Positions 1-13,992 of a DNA stretch of 64,000 bases are shown here, piece by piece (the stretch's first letter is position 1; every line of letters begins with the position of its first letter). Source of the DNA: Actinomycetales bacterium. Lineage in GTDB: Bacteria; Actinomycetota; Actinomycetes; S36-B12. The stretch covers positions 109 to 64,108 of the forward strand of contig JAGWXF010000015.1 in NCBI GenBank assembly GCA_018970025.1, given 5' to 3'. The notes beneath the pieces were generated by a model. It worked only from the letters and a program-made list of their open reading frames with translations, made no database searches and was not told the origin of the DNA. Made by a program: the position numbers and the translations under genes.

Positions 1-389
1 CCCAGGCCATCGAGCTGGTGCAGGCGATCGACCATCCAGCGGCCTGCGTCATGGCCGACACGTTCCATATGGGGATCGAGGAGTCCGATCCGGTGGGTGC
101 CATCCGGCGGGCTGGATCCCATCTGGGACATGTCCACTTCGCCGACAACACCCGAGCCGCACCGGGCACCGGCACGATCGACTTCGCGCCCTACATCGAG
201 GCACTCATCGATATCGACTATCGCGGGACGGTCACCTTCGAGCTCTTCCCGGCGAAGGCGCGGCCGCTGGAGTCGGTCATCAGCGGCGATGCCCCCGAGT
301 TCTTCGATGCGTACACCCGCGCCTCGGTCGAGCACGTGCGGCCGATCGAGCGGCAGGTCCGCGCACGGCGCATGGCACAGGAGGGCTGA
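1..389 (+). CDS. Sugar phosphate isomerase/epimerase (xylose isomerase-like TIM barrel), C-terminal fragment; 5' end lies outside the window
   Basis: Frame open from base 3. Tail reads ...ADTFHMGIEESDP...GHVHFADN...GTGTIDFAPYIEAL..IDYRGTVTFELFP, typical of AP-endonuclease-2/xylose-isomerase-like TIM barrels. Confidence 0.6.
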   Translation, partial: QAIELVQAIDHPAACVMADTFHMGIEESDPVGAIRRAGSHLGHVHFADNTRAAPGTGTIDFAPYIEALIDIDYRGTVTFELFPAKARPLESVISGDAPEFFDAYTRASVEHVRPIERQVRARRMAQEG

Positions 390-394
390 TCGCA

Positions 395-940
395 ATGACG
401 GATTCCACCGGGTCGTTCTGGTCCTGGCGCCGGCAGGATCTCCGCCGCCACCTGGCGGACCTAGAGCAGAACGCCTACGAGGGCGCCCAGGAGCGCGCGG
501 ACCGAAATGCCGTCTTCGCCAGGGCCTTCGAACTGCTGACTCCCGTGGCGCTGGCCGTGCTCGATGACTTCAACACGCAGGTCCTGGCCGGAACGGGCAC
601 GATCAGCACCAGACCACTGGCACCACGCGAGGGCCTGGGGCTCTACGGCACCTGGGAGTGCACCTGGCCGGAGCAGCAGCAGGCCCGCAGCCGCTTCGAC
701 GACACGCCCATCCCTGCGCTGCAGCTCCAGGCGTTCTTCCCTGGCGACTTCACCCACGGCCATCTGATGATCGGTCGACCCTTCTACCAGGATCACCCGG
801 TCTCCTGCTGGCTCATGCAGGTGACCGACGAGACCGACGCGTGGCGGCAGCGGCATGCCCTGGAGTCGATGTGCGAGACCCAGGTGCACGAGATGATCTT
901 CACCGCGAACTGGCGCATCATCCCCGCCGAGCGCACCTGA
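395..940 (+). CDS. Hypothetical protein (181 aa), no family recognised
   Basis: ATG 5 nt after the previous stop. GC-rich third positions and non-repetitive composition (MTDSTGSFWSWRRQDLRRHLADLEQNAYEG...). Confidence 0.5.
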   Translation: MTDSTGSFWSWRRQDLRRHLADLEQNAYEGAQERADRNAVFARAFELLTPVALAVLDDFNTQVLAGTGTISTRPLAPREGLGLYGTWECTWPEQQQARSRFDDTPIPALQLQAFFPGDFTHGHLMIGRPFYQDHPVSCWLMQVTDETDAWRQRHALESMCETQVHEMIFTANWRIIPAERT

Positions 941-948
941 TCGCGGGC

Positions 949-966
949 CCGGGCCACTCGGCCCGG
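949..966. terminator. GC hairpin (CCGGGCC-ACTC-GGCCCGG) between convergent genes
   Basis: 7-bp perfect stem with 4-nt loop, read directly. Sits between the stop at 940 and the ilvD stop at 1007. No U-tract. Confidence 0.35.
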
Positions 967-1006
967 CGAGGTCCCCCGGCCTGGCCCTGCCGGGGTCGCA
1001 GGTCGC

Positions 1007-2695
1007 TCAGTCGCAGACGGCTCCGCGGGAGGCCGAGCCGACGAGCCGGGCGTACTTGGCGAGCACCCCTCGGGTGTAGCGCGGCGGCAGCGGGCTGAAG
1101 TCGCCGCGCCGGCGCTGCAGTTCGTCATCGTCGACAAGCAGGTCCAGGGTGCGCTCCTTGACATTGATCCGGATGCGGTCGCCCTCGTGGACCAGGCCGA
1201 TCGGGCCGCCATCGACAGCCTCGGGTGCCACGTGGCCGACGCACAGCCCCGTCGTACCGCCGGAGAATCGGCCATCGGTGATGAGCATGACCTCCTTGCC
1301 CAGGCCGGCACCCTTGATGGCTCCGGTGATCATGAGCATCTCCCGCATCCCCGGCCCGCCCTTGGGGCCCTCGTAGCGGATGACGATGACGTCGCCCTTG
1401 CCGATCGTGCCGTCCTCCAGTGCGGCCATCGCCGACTGCTCTCGCTCGAACACCCGGGCCGTGCCCTCGAACTCCTCCACCGGCACCCCGGCGTTCTTCA
1501 CCACGGCACCCTCGGGTGCCAGCGACCCGGACAGGATCGTGATGCCGCCGGTCGGGGCGATCGCCTGCGTCGACGCGTGCAGGATGTCGCCATCCGGGTC
1601 CGGCGGGGCGATATCGGCCAGGTTCTCCGCCATCGTCCGGCCGGTGACCGTCAGGCAGTCGCCGTGCATCAGGCCTGCATCGAGCAGGGCCCGCATGACG
1701 ACCGGGACGCCGCCGACGCGGTCGACGTCGCTCATCACATACCGGCCGAAGGGCTTGACATCAGCCAGCAGCGGGACCTTCGACCCGATGCGGTGGAAGT
1801 CGTCCATCGACAGCTCCACGTCGGCCTCATGGGCGATCGCCAGCAGGTGCAGGACGGCATTGGTGGATCCGCCGAACGCCATCACCACGGCGATGGCGTT
1901 CTCCAGTGACCGGCGGGTGATGATGTCGCGCGTGGTGATGCCCTGCCGGATGAGCTCGACTGCGGCCTCGCCGGAGCGACGGGCGATGCCATCCCGCCGA
2001 CGGTCGACCGCGGGCGGGGCGGCCGATCCTGGGAGCGACATCCCCATGGCCTCGGCCGCGCTTGCCATCGTGTTCGCGGTGTACATGCCGCCGCAGGCAC
2101 CCTCGCCCGGGCAGATGGCCCGCTCGATGGTGTCGACGTCCTCACGCGACATCAGGCCCCGGGCGCAGGCCCCGACCGCCTCGAACGCATCGATGATGGT
2201 GACGTCCCGCTCGCTGCCATCGGAGAGCTTGACATGGCCCGGCAGGATCGAGCCCGCGTAGACGAAGACGGACGCCACATCCAGCCGGGCGGCAGCCATG
2301 AGCATGCCGGGCAGGGACTTGTCGCAGCCGGCGAAGGTGACCATGCCATCGAGCCGCTCGGCCTGCATGACGGCCTCGACGGAGTCCGCGATGATCTCCC
2401 GGCTCACCAGGGAGAAGTGCATGCCCTCATGGCCCATCGAGATCCCGTCGGAAACGGAGATGGTGCCGAACTGCAGGGGGAAGCCGCCCGCGGCATGCAC
2501 CCCCTCCTTGGCGGCGCGCGCCAGCCGCTCCAGGGACAGGTTGCAGGGCGTGATCTCGTTCCAGCTCGAGGCGATGCCGATCTGGGGCTTGGGGAAGTCC
2601 TCGTCGGTCATGCCGACGGCTCGCAGCATCCCTCGGGCGGCGGCCCGCTCGAGGCCATCGGTGACGTCCTTGCTGCGCGGCTTCATGTCAGTCAT
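1007..2695 (-). CDS. ilvD: Dihydroxy-acid dehydratase
   Basis: 562 aa. Motifs [35 protein letters not shown] and the overall IlvD/Edd pattern. Confidence 0.97.
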   Translation of the reverse strand: MTDMKPRSKDVTDGLERAAARGMLRAVGMTDEDFPKPQIGIASSWNEITPCNLSLERLARAAKEGVHAAGGFPLQFGTISVSDGISMGHEGMHFSLVSREIIADSVEAVMQAERLDGMVTFAGCDKSLPGMLMAAARLDVASVFVYAGSILPGHVKLSDGSERDVTIIDAFEAVGACARGLMSREDVDTIERAICPGEGACGGMYTANTMASAAEAMGMSLPGSAAPPAVDRRRDGIARRSGEAAVELIRQGITTRDIITRRSLENAIAVVMAFGGSTNAVLHLLAIAHEADVELSMDDFHRIGSKVPLLADVKPFGRYVMSDVDRVGGVPVVMRALLDAGLMHGDCLTVTGRTMAENLADIAPPDPDGDILHASTQAIAPTGGITILSGSLAPEGAVVKNAGVPVEEFEGTARVFEREQSAMAALEDGTIGKGDVIVIRYEGPKGGPGMREMLMITGAIKGAGLGKEVMLITDGRFSGGTTGLCVGHVAPEAVDGGPIGLVHEGDRIRINVKERTLDLLVDDDELQRRRGDFSPLPPRYTRGVLAKYARLVGSASRGAVCD

Positions 2696-2787
2696 GGACT
2701 GACTCTAGAGCTGACCTGATCGCTCCATCGCACGGGGACTCAGGGCGCAACTGCCACCCGCGTCGCACCGCGCACGCAAGACCAGGG

Positions 2788-2805
2788 TGCGCATACTGAT
2801 GCGCA
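2788..2805. promoter_or_regulatory. Inverted repeat TGCGCAT-ACTG-ATGCGCA about 95-110 nt upstream of ilvD
   Basis: 7-bp perfect arms read directly, located in the 313-bp gatB-ilvD intergenic region. Confidence 0.3.
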
Positions 2806-3008
2806 TGGATCAGCATCACGACGCAGCATGGGCGGCGTCCGGACGAGCATTTCGGCAGCCGTGCGCCCCGATAGGACTTCGCCTCGAGGTCTCGAACATC
2901 GCTGAAGCCCTGGAGATCCTCCAGTCGGAGTCATGACCGCCGAGTCATCAATCCGGGTGCGACGCACGCCAATCGGCGATAGCCCGCCACGGGCACCCTC
3001 CGAGGCGA

Positions 3009-4534
3009 CTACTCGGCGACCCCGAGCCGCTCCAGCAGCAGGGCCCGGACCTTGGCCGCATCGGCCTGCCCCTTGGTCGCCTTCATCACCGCGCCGACGA
3101 TCGCCCCGGCTGCCTGGAACTTTCCTCCGGTGATCTTCTCCGCCACGTCGGGCTGCTCGGCAAGTGCGGCGTCGATGGCGGCGATCAGCGCGCTGTCGTC
3201 GCTGACGATAACCAGGCCCCGGGCAGCCACCACGTCGTCGACATCGCCCTCGCCCGCGATGATCCCCTCGAACACCTGGCGGGCGAGCTTGTCGTTGAGG
3301 CTCCCCGCGGCGATCAGCGCCTCGATCCGGGCGATCTGCTCGCCGGTCACCGGCAGGTCCGACAGCTCGACCTGACGGTCATTCGCCGTGCGCAGCAACT
3401 CCCCCGTCCACCACTTGCGAGCGGCGGCCTGATCGACCCCGGCGGCGATGGTCGCCTCGACGAGCTCGAGGGCGCCGGCATTGACGACGGACATGAGCTC
3501 GAACGCGCTGATCCCCCACTCCTGCTGCAGCCGCTCCCGCCTGGCGGACGGCAGCTCTGGCAGGGTGGTGCGCAGGTCGTCGATCCAGGCATCGGACGGA
3601 GCCACGGGCACCAGGTCCGGCTCGGGGAAGTAACGATAGTCCTCGGCATGCTCCTTGCTGCGGCCCGGCGTGCTTCGGCCGGTGTCCTCGTGGAAGTGCC
3701 GGGTCTCCTGGATGATCCGGCCGCCGGCGAGCAGCAACGCCGCCTGGCGCTCCACCTCTGATCGCACCGCCCGCTCGACCGAGCGCAGGGAGTTGACGTT
3801 CTTGGTCTCGCTGCGGGTCCCCCAGGGGTCGCCCGGACGGTTCAGGGAGCAGTTCACGTCGCAGCGCAGCGATCCCTCCTCCATCCGCACGTCGGAGACC
3901 CCCAGGGCTCGCATCAGGTCGCGCAGCTCGGTGACGTAGGCGCGGGCGACCAGCGGGGCCAGCGCACCCGTCCCGACGATCGGCTTTGTGACGATCTCGA
4001 TCAGCGGGATGCCAGCGCGGTTGTAGTCGACCAGGGAGTAGTCGGCGCCATGGATCCGGCCGGTCGCCCCGCCTTCGTGGGTCAGCTTGCCGGTGTCCTC
4101 CTCCATATGGACGCGCTCGATCTCGACGCGGAAGACCTGCGGGCCGTCCTGCGTCTGGACCGTGACGTCGAGGTAGCCGTTGCTGCACAGGGGCTCGTCG
4201 TACTGGCTGACCTGGTAGTCCTTGGGCATGTCCGGGTAGAAGTAGTTCTTCCGGGCGAAGCGGCACCAGCTGGCGATGGCGCAGTTCAGTGCCAGGCCGA
4301 TCCGGATCGTCGACTCCACCGCAGTGCGGTTCACCACCGGCATCGACCCCGGCAGGCCCAGGCAGACCGGGCACACCTGCGCGTTGGGCTCCGCGCCGAA
4401 GGCCGTCGGGCAGGCGCAGAACATCTTCGTCTGCGTGCCGAGCTCGACATGGACCTCCAGTCCCAGGACCGGCTCGAAGTCGGCCAGGGCCTGGTCGAAC
4501 GGGATGACGTCGACGGCTGACGACTTGGTCGTGC

Positions 4535-4538
<4 letters not shown>
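3009..4538 (-). CDS. gatB: Asp/Glu-tRNA amidotransferase subunit B
   Basis: Motifs [18 protein letters not shown] and CPVCLGLPG, with a YqeY-like tail. Start trimmed to ATG 4538 (MSTTKSS), giving an ATGA overlap with the gatA stop. Confidence 0.95.
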
Positions 4539-6028
<1,490 letters not shown>

Positions 6029-6030
6029 GC

Positions 6031-6327
6031 CTACTCCTCGTCCAGGATGCGCGGCACCCGGAAGCGATCGTCCTGGTGCGCCGGCGCGCACGCGAGCACC
6101 TCGGCACGATCCAGGCCGGCCTGCACGATGTCCTCGCGGAAGACGTTCACCAGCGGGATCGGGTGGGAGGTCGCCGGGATATCCGGCGTGGCCACCTCGG
6201 ACACCCGGGCCACCGACTGCAGGATCACGTCCAGCTGCCCTGCATAGTGGTCGAGCTCGTCCTCGCTGAGCTCGAGGCGGGCCAGCCGGGCCAGGTGCGC
6301 GACCTCCGCGCGGGTGATGCCGGTCAT
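6031..6327 (-). CDS. gatC: Asp/Glu-tRNA amidotransferase subunit C
   Basis: 98 aa, [36 protein letters not shown], immediately upstream of gatA. Confidence 0.93.
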   Translation of the reverse strand: MTGITRAEVAHLARLARLELSEDELDHYAGQLDVILQSVARVSEVATPDIPATSHPIPLVNVFREDIVQAGLDRAEVLACAPAHQDDRFRVPRILDEE

Positions 6328-6383
6328 GCCCGAATCCTATGGGCGCCTCGGACCGGCGCGGCCACGCAGTCGCGGGCTCATCC

Positions 6384-6833
6384 CTACGCGACCGTGTGAT
6401 CGATGAGCCCATGCGGCGTAATCAGGTTCACCCGCAGTCCAGTGAATGACAGGAAGTCCCGATCAGCGGTGAGGATCGCCGCACCAAGGTCCCGGCAGGT
6501 GGCAGCGAGCAGGGCATCTGGGATTCGGCTTGCACGAGACTCTTCCCCTTCGAGGATTTCTCGGAAGATCGCCCACCGGGTGATCCGCCCCTCGGACATT
6601 GACCGACCGTCGGCCGTGAGCGCCTCGATGAAGGTGAGGGCCTCACGAGGACGATCGGGGTTCCGGAAGATTCGAGGGCTCGTAACGATGCGAATGAACG
6701 ATGCGGCCACGTCTGGTAGCACCAGCAAGCCTGCATTGTCGCGCGCGGATTGCAGGACGCTTCTGGACAGCACATGGGCTTGAGTGTCGGATCGATACGC
6801 GTAGACCAGCGGATTGACGTCGGTGACGATCAC
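6384..6833 (-). CDS. vapC: PIN-domain toxin, VapC family
   Basis: 149 aa. N-terminal [12 protein letters not shown] (acidic D5) and C-terminal ILTADRDF acidic motif. 4-nt overlap with the upstream antitoxin gene. Codon third positions look A/T-richer than in neighbouring genes. Confidence 0.85.
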   Translation of the reverse strand: MIVTDVNPLVYAYRSDTQAHVLSRSVLQSARDNAGLLVLPDVAASFIRIVTSPRIFRNPDRPREALTFIEALTADGRSMSEGRITRWAIFREILEGEESRASRIPDALLAATCRDLGAAILTADRDFLSFTGLRVNLITPHGLIDHTVA

Positions 6834-7096
6834 GGCAAGCGAGCATCGATCGAGTCAAGCCAGGCAAGGAGTTCGCTGGTGTCGTCGAAGTCGACCCCGC
6901 TCGCGAGGAACTCGGCCGTGAGTCCGCCAACCTGAGCGGAGACCGGTAGGTCGGGAAGCCGTCCGACAGGGGACGTCTGGAGGAGGAAACTCCGCAGTGC
7001 CTCCTCGATGACCGAGGTGACGGACCGACCTGACAAGGCCGCCACCGACTTCACCTCTCGGTAGAGGTCATCGGACAGTTGAAGCGTTGTCTTCAC
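6830..7096 (-). CDS. vapB: Type II antitoxin, VapB-like (ribbon-helix-helix type)
   Basis: 88 aa, GTG start. MKTTLQLSDDLYREVKSVAALSGRSVTSVIEEALRSFL fits the beta-strand plus two-helix RHH pattern. Translationally coupled to vapC. Confidence 0.8.
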   Translation of the reverse strand: MKTTLQLSDDLYREVKSVAALSGRSVTSVIEEALRSFLLQTSPVGRLPDLPVSAQVGGLTAEFLASGVDFDDTSELLAWLDSIDARLP

Positions 7097-7116
7097 CCCG
7101 TGACCCTAACGACAGA

Positions 7117-7144
7117 CCAGATTTCCAGCAAGCCAGATTTCCAG
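7117..7144 (-). promoter_or_regulatory. Two perfect 12-bp direct repeats (CCAGATTTCCAG, 4-bp spacer); candidate vapBC operator
   Basis: Copies at 7117-7128 and 7133-7144 read directly, 21-48 nt upstream of the vapB GTG (7096). Confidence 0.45.
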
Positions 7145-7214
7145 AAGGAAAGACCTGCACGGGTCGAGGAAGAGGCGCTTCGATTGACTGAACCGTCGCG
7201 GACGCGGGATGCGA

Positions 7215-9917
<2,703 letters not shown>

Positions 9918-10090
9918 CTACCCGGACACCGTCGCCGACCTCGCCGCCCGAAACACGCTGCGCGACCTCATCCTGGACACCGCCCCGGCCGCCGACAAGG
10001 AAGCACAACCCAGCCCCGAGCACGGCGCCCAGGACCAGCAGCCCGCCGGATCGGTGGCGCTGCGCCGCCTGGGCCTGCAGCAGCTAACAC

Positions 10091-10190
10091 GCACCCGCTA
10101 GCACACACGCCCAGCCCCGATTTGACCTCTGGAATGGGCCTGCACATGGCTAGCCTGCGGGAGCGGGTGCCGGGGCCCGAGTGCTAGCGG
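10091..10190. repeat. Nested inverted repeats with three GCTAGC palindromes
   Basis: CCGCTAGCAC (10095-10104) is the reverse complement of GTGCTAGCGG (10181-10190). GCACCCGC (10091-10098) is the reverse complement of GCGGGTGC (10163-10170). GCTAGC occurs at 10097, 10149 and 10183. Confidence 0.6.
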
Positions 10191-10393
10191 CATGGCATCA
10201 GGTGGACGTGACCATTTCTCAGCCGAGCAGGGCGGCCGAGGCAACCGTTCGTTTCCTCCACGTTCCGGGTGAAGTCGCGCTTCTCCTTGCACTTCACGCA
10301 GTAGGCCTCACCCGTGTAGCTGCTGAGGGACACGCCGGACTCGTCCGTCGACTTCGCGGTGGCTCGCGACCTGGACGTCGCCTTATCCGCCAT
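10184..10393 (-). CDS. Small zinc-ribbon protein, DUF5679-like N-terminal half with an atypical C-terminal half (possibly decayed)
   Basis: ATG 10393 (MADKATSRS...GEAYCVKCKEKRDF...). From memory this is the conserved first CxxC context of DUF5679. No second CxxC appears in frame before the stop. Confidence 0.45.
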   Translation of the reverse strand: MADKATSRSRATAKSTDESGVSLSSYTGEAYCVKCKEKRDFTRNVEETNGCLGRPARLRNGHVHLMPCR

Positions 10394-11480
10394 CCTCGCC
10401 TGCCCTCCCCCTGCTCGCACGCCGGCCCCGAGGCCGGTCGCCGTGTGCCGATCGCTCCTGGTTATCGCGTGCGTCCTGATCATCGCGCAGGATCCGGCTC
10501 GCAGCCCGGCAGGAGGCGTAGGCAGCGATGGCTGCCGCAGGGGACGCGGAGGCAAGCCCGCACGTCGGGGTCACGGCCACGTGCGCCAGGTGACGCGGGT
10601 CAGCCAGGCCGAGCCGGCTGGCCACCTCCCGTACCGGCCGGCTCGCCTCGGTATCGGTCACCGCTCGACCGGTGGGCACCGCCCCGAGGAGCAGGCCGAC
10701 ACCCGACTCCCAGGCCAGGCCCAGGGCCTGCTCGTCGACGTCATCCGAGCGCAGGTCGATGGAGATGAAGTCCGCCCCGCAGGCGCGGATCAGGCCGATG
10801 GGCGCCCGCGCCGCACAGCAGTGCACCCCGGCGACCGCATGCGCGGCCGGCGCTGCTGCCAGCACCGCACGCAGTGACGCCGAGGCCACCGGCTCCTCGA
10901 CAGCCCGGTAGCGCGATAGCCCGCTCGCCGTGCCGATGGTGCCGGCAAGCACCGCCGGCAGGCCCGGCTCGTCGACCTGCATGACCAGCGCGCTGGCCGG
11001 AAAGCGACGGTGCAGGTCCGCCAGGTGCAGCGTGATCGCCTCTGCGAGGGCATGGGCCAGGTCGCGGCAGGCGGAGGCGTCCTTCAGCATCCGCTCCCCG
11101 GATGCGAGCTCGATCGATGCCGCGAGCGTCCACGGGCCGGCGACCTGGGCCTTGACCGGGCCCGCGTATCCGCCGGCGAACTCCTCCAGGGCATCGAGGT
11201 CCTCATCGAGCCAGGATCGGGCTCGCCGCATCGCGCGGTTGCGTCCCCGCGACAGTCTCCAGCCATCGGGGGTGGTCTCCAGGGCGAAGTCCTCGCTGAC
11301 CTCGGCCAGGAAGGCCCCGGCACGGCCGATCATGTCGGCACCGGGGCCCCGGGCCGGCAGCTCCGGCACGTGCAGGAAGTCAGGCAGCTCGCCGCGGATG
11401 ATCCGGCTGGCCTCGCGCGACGAGGTGCCCGGCAGCGAGCCGATGCCGGTGGCTGCCGGCCCATCCCATGGGATGCTCAC
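10383..11480 (-). CDS. Methionine synthase (B12-independent) C-terminal-like / URO-D-like protein
   Basis: GTG 11480 gives a GTGA overlap with the mnmA stop. Reads [20 protein letters not shown]...[15 protein letters not shown]...VHCCA. Family call is from memory of the conserved gene between mnmA and ligA in actinobacteria. Confidence 0.6.
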   Translation of the reverse strand: MSIPWDGPAATGIGSLPGTSSREASRIIRGELPDFLHVPELPARGPGADMIGRAGAFLAEVSEDFALETTPDGWRLSRGRNRAMRRARSWLDEDLDALEEFAGGYAGPVKAQVAGPWTLAASIELASGERMLKDASACRDLAHALAEAITLHLADLHRRFPASALVMQVDEPGLPAVLAGTIGTASGLSRYRAVEEPVASASLRAVLAAAPAAHAVAGVHCCAARAPIGLIRACGADFISIDLRSDDVDEQALGLAWESGVGLLLGAVPTGRAVTDTEASRPVREVASRLGLADPRHLAHVAVTPTCGLASASPAAAIAAYASCRAASRILRDDQDARDNQERSAHGDRPRGRRASRGRAGEDGG

Positions 11481-12568
11481 CGGGCGCCGACGCGATCGGT
11501 TGCCGTGACGGTTGCCGCGCCCAGCACCCGGGTGCCCCGGTACAGCACGAGTGCCTGGCCCGGGGCCAGGCCGCGGATCGCGGTATCGAGATCGACGATG
11601 ACGCGAGTGCCGCCCTCGACGCGAGCGGTCGCTGGGACGGGCACGCCGTGCGCCCGCACCTGCGCAAGGACACCGCACGGCTCCTCGCCAAGGGGCTCGC
11701 CGCACCAGGTTGCGTGCGTTGCCTCGATTCGATGGACGTCCAGGAGGTCGGGCGTGCCGACGACGACCCGCCGAGCGGAGATGTCGACGTCGACCACGTA
11801 CCGAGGCGCGCCATCGGGTGCCGGCCGGCCCAGGCCCAGGCCACGTCGCTGGCCGATGGTGAAGCCGAAGGCACCGGCATGCGAGCCGAGGACCTCACCG
11901 GACCCGGCATCCACGATCTCCCCCGGCTGCTCGCCAATCGATCGAGCGATGAAGCCCGCGGTGTCCCCGTCCGGGATGAAGCAGATGTCGTGGCTGTCCG
12001 GCTTGCCGGCCACGAGCAGCCCCAGGCGCTCGGCCTCGGCGCGGACGTCCTGCTTGCGGTCGGCGCCGAGCGGGAAGATCGCATGCGCCAGCTGATGCGG
12101 GGTAAGGACGCCGAGCACGTAGGACTGGTCCTTGTCGGCATCGACGGCACGGTGCAGCTGCGGCCCGTCGGGCCCGGCGATGATGCGCGCATAGTGGCCG
12201 GTGGCGACGGCGTCGAATCCGATGGCCAGGGCACGCTCGAGGACGGCACTGAACTTGATGCGCTCATTGCAGCGCAGGCATGGATTCGGCGTGCGTCCCT
12301 GCTGGTACTCGGCGATGAAATCGGCGATGACCTCATCGGCGAAGTCATCGGCCATATCCCAGACATAGAAGGGGATGCCGAGCCGATCGGCAACCCGCCG
12401 GGCATCCCGGGCATCGTCCAGGGTGCAGCAGCCGCGCGAGCGACCCGAGGCACGAGCCGACTTGGCCAGGGCCAGGTGCACGCCGGTCACCTCGTGCCCG
12501 GCGTGGACCATGCGGGCTGCCGCAACCGACGAGTCGACGCCGCCCGACATCGCTGCGAGGACCCTCAT
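11477..12568 (-). CDS. mnmA: tRNA 2-thiouridine(34) synthase
   Basis: PP-loop [17 protein letters not shown], plus NPCLRCN and ATGHYARI. Confidence 0.95.
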   Translation of the reverse strand: MRVLAAMSGGVDSSVAAARMVHAGHEVTGVHLALAKSARASGRSRGCCTLDDARDARRVADRLGIPFYVWDMADDFADEVIADFIAEYQQGRTPNPCLRCNERIKFSAVLERALAIGFDAVATGHYARIIAGPDGPQLHRAVDADKDQSYVLGVLTPHQLAHAIFPLGADRKQDVRAEAERLGLLVAGKPDSHDICFIPDGDTAGFIARSIGEQPGEIVDAGSGEVLGSHAGAFGFTIGQRRGLGLGRPAPDGAPRYVVDVDISARRVVVGTPDLLDVHRIEATHATWCGEPLGEEPCGVLAQVRAHGVPVPATARVEGGTRVIVDLDTAIRGLAPGQALVLYRGTRVLGAATVTATDRVGAR

Positions 12569-12572
12569 CGGA

Positions 12573-13865
12573 TCAGCGTGCCGCTCGTACGCGGATCTGC
12601 CCGGCGCGAGCCGCCCGCTCGACCGCGCCAGGCAGCACCTCGATCAGGCGGCGGATGTCCTCATCGGTTGAGGCCGCGCCCAGGCTGAACCGCAGCGAGG
12701 CCCGGGCCGTGCGCTCGTCCACGCCCATCGCCAGCAGGACGTGGCTTGGCTCTGGGATGCCGGCGGTGCATGCCGATCCGGTCGAGCAATCGATCCCGGA
12801 CGCATCGAGGAGCATGAGCAGCGCATCCCCCTCGCAGCCCGGGAAGGAGAAGTGGGCATTGCCCGGCAGGCGAGCGCCCGGGTCCTGCAGGTCGGCCGCG
12901 CCGTTGAGCACCGCGCCAGGGACGGCTCCCAGGACGCCGGCGACGAGCTCATTGCGCAGCACGCGAATGCGTGCGGATTGCTGCTGCTGGCATGCCACGG
13001 CATGGCGGACGGCCACGGCGAACGCCGCGATGCCAGGGGCATCGAGGGTGCCTGACCTCACCTCGCGCTCCTGGCCGCCGCCATGCAGGACGGGTGTCAC
13101 GCTCGCTGCCGGGTCCAGGATGAGGTTGCCGATCCCGAACGGGCCGCCGACCTTGTGGCTGCTGATGGTGACCGCCGTGGCGCCCAGGGCCGCCAGGTCG
13201 ATGGGAAGGGCACCGAGTGCCTGGACCGCATCAGTATGGAACGGGACCCCAGCCTGGCGGCACGCACGCGCGATGGCGGCGACGGGCTGGACGGTGCCGA
13301 CCTCGTTGTTCGCCCACATGACCGAGCAGAGCGTCACGTCGCCATCGGCGACGGTGCGCTCGAGCTGCTCCACGTCGACCCGGCCCTCGCCGTCGACCCC
13401 GAGCCAGGTCACCTCGGCGCCCTCGTGCGCCGCCAGCCACTCGACCGGGTCGAGCACCGCATGATGCTCGACGGCCGAGGCCAGCACCCGTCTGCGGGAT
13501 GGGGTCCGCCGGGCCCAGAACAGGCCCTTCACCGCGAGGTTGTCCGACTCCGTTCCGCCAGCGGTGAAGATGACCGAGCTGGGCCTGGTCCGCAGTGCCT
13601 CGGCGATGCCCTCGCGGGCCTCCTCCACGATCCGCCGTGCGGCCCGCCCGGCGGAGTGCAGGGACGAGGGGTTCCCGGTCGCCGACGAGGCGCTCAGCCA
13701 CGCCTCGCGGGCCGCCGGCAGCATCGGGGTGGTCGCCGCGTGATCCAGATAGTGCCGCGCCATCCGCTCATGGGGCTCTCGGCTGTGGCCGATCGTCCCG
13801 ATCTGCCCGATGGGCTTGTCGGTGGGCGCGTCGACCGACGCGTCGTCTACCAGCGACCCGTCCAT
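12573..13865 (-). CDS. Cysteine desulfurase (IscS/NifS class V aminotransferase)
   Basis: [23 protein letters not shown] (PLP Lys) and SGSACTAG (active Cys). ATG 13865 is preferred because G/C third positions continue upstream of the alternative ATG 13763. Confidence 0.9.
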   Translation of the reverse strand: MDGSLVDDASVDAPTDKPIGQIGTIGHSREPHERMARHYLDHAATTPMLPAAREAWLSASSATGNPSSLHSAGRAARRIVEEAREGIAEALRTRPSSVIFTAGGTESDNLAVKGLFWARRTPSRRRVLASAVEHHAVLDPVEWLAAHEGAEVTWLGVDGEGRVDVEQLERTVADGDVTLCSVMWANNEVGTVQPVAAIARACRQAGVPFHTDAVQALGALPIDLAALGATAVTISSHKVGGPFGIGNLILDPAASVTPVLHGGGQEREVRSGTLDAPGIAAFAVAVRHAVACQQQQSARIRVLRNELVAGVLGAVPGAVLNGAADLQDPGARLPGNAHFSFPGCEGDALLMLLDASGIDCSTGSACTAGIPEPSHVLLAMGVDERTARASLRFSLGAASTDEDIRRLIEVLPGAVERAARAGQIRVRAAR

Positions 13866-13954
13866 AGGCCGCAATGCTAGCCAGCGCGACACGCCTGGCC
13901 ACCCATGATTTGGCGATAAAGCCAACCACTGCTACTTTATCGATCTGTTCACTA

Positions 13955-13972
13955 GACATTGCCGACAATGTC
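13955..13972. promoter_or_regulatory. Inverted repeat GACATTG-CCGA-CAATGTC in the divergent desulfurase/ABC promoter region
   Basis: 7-bp perfect arms read directly, in an A/T-rich stretch 21 nt upstream of ATG 13993. Confidence 0.3.
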
Positions 13973-13992
13973 GGCTCAGCTGAAGGATTGCC

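Noticed and set aside
6029-6412. N-terminal 128-aa extension of the tracked gatA ORF, and similar over-extensions of gatB, etfB, nucS, atpA, the acyltransferase at 22311-23537, the hydrolase at 43276-44409 and hbd at 45197-47293
   Set aside because: The extensions run through the upstream gene in another frame and are junk-like. Internal ATG/GTG starts give canonical protein N-termini and 1-4-nt coupling overlaps or good SD sequences.
13768-13959. 63-codon ORF (MSSEQIDKVAVVGFIAKSW...) ending 4 nt before ATG 13763; could be an upstream ORF coupled to the cysteine desulfurase
   Set aside because: Beyond the first 30 codons it is Arg-rich junk with A/T-ending codons. The overlapping desulfurase frame shows native G/C third positions from ATG 13865, so the region is better explained as the desulfurase N-terminus.
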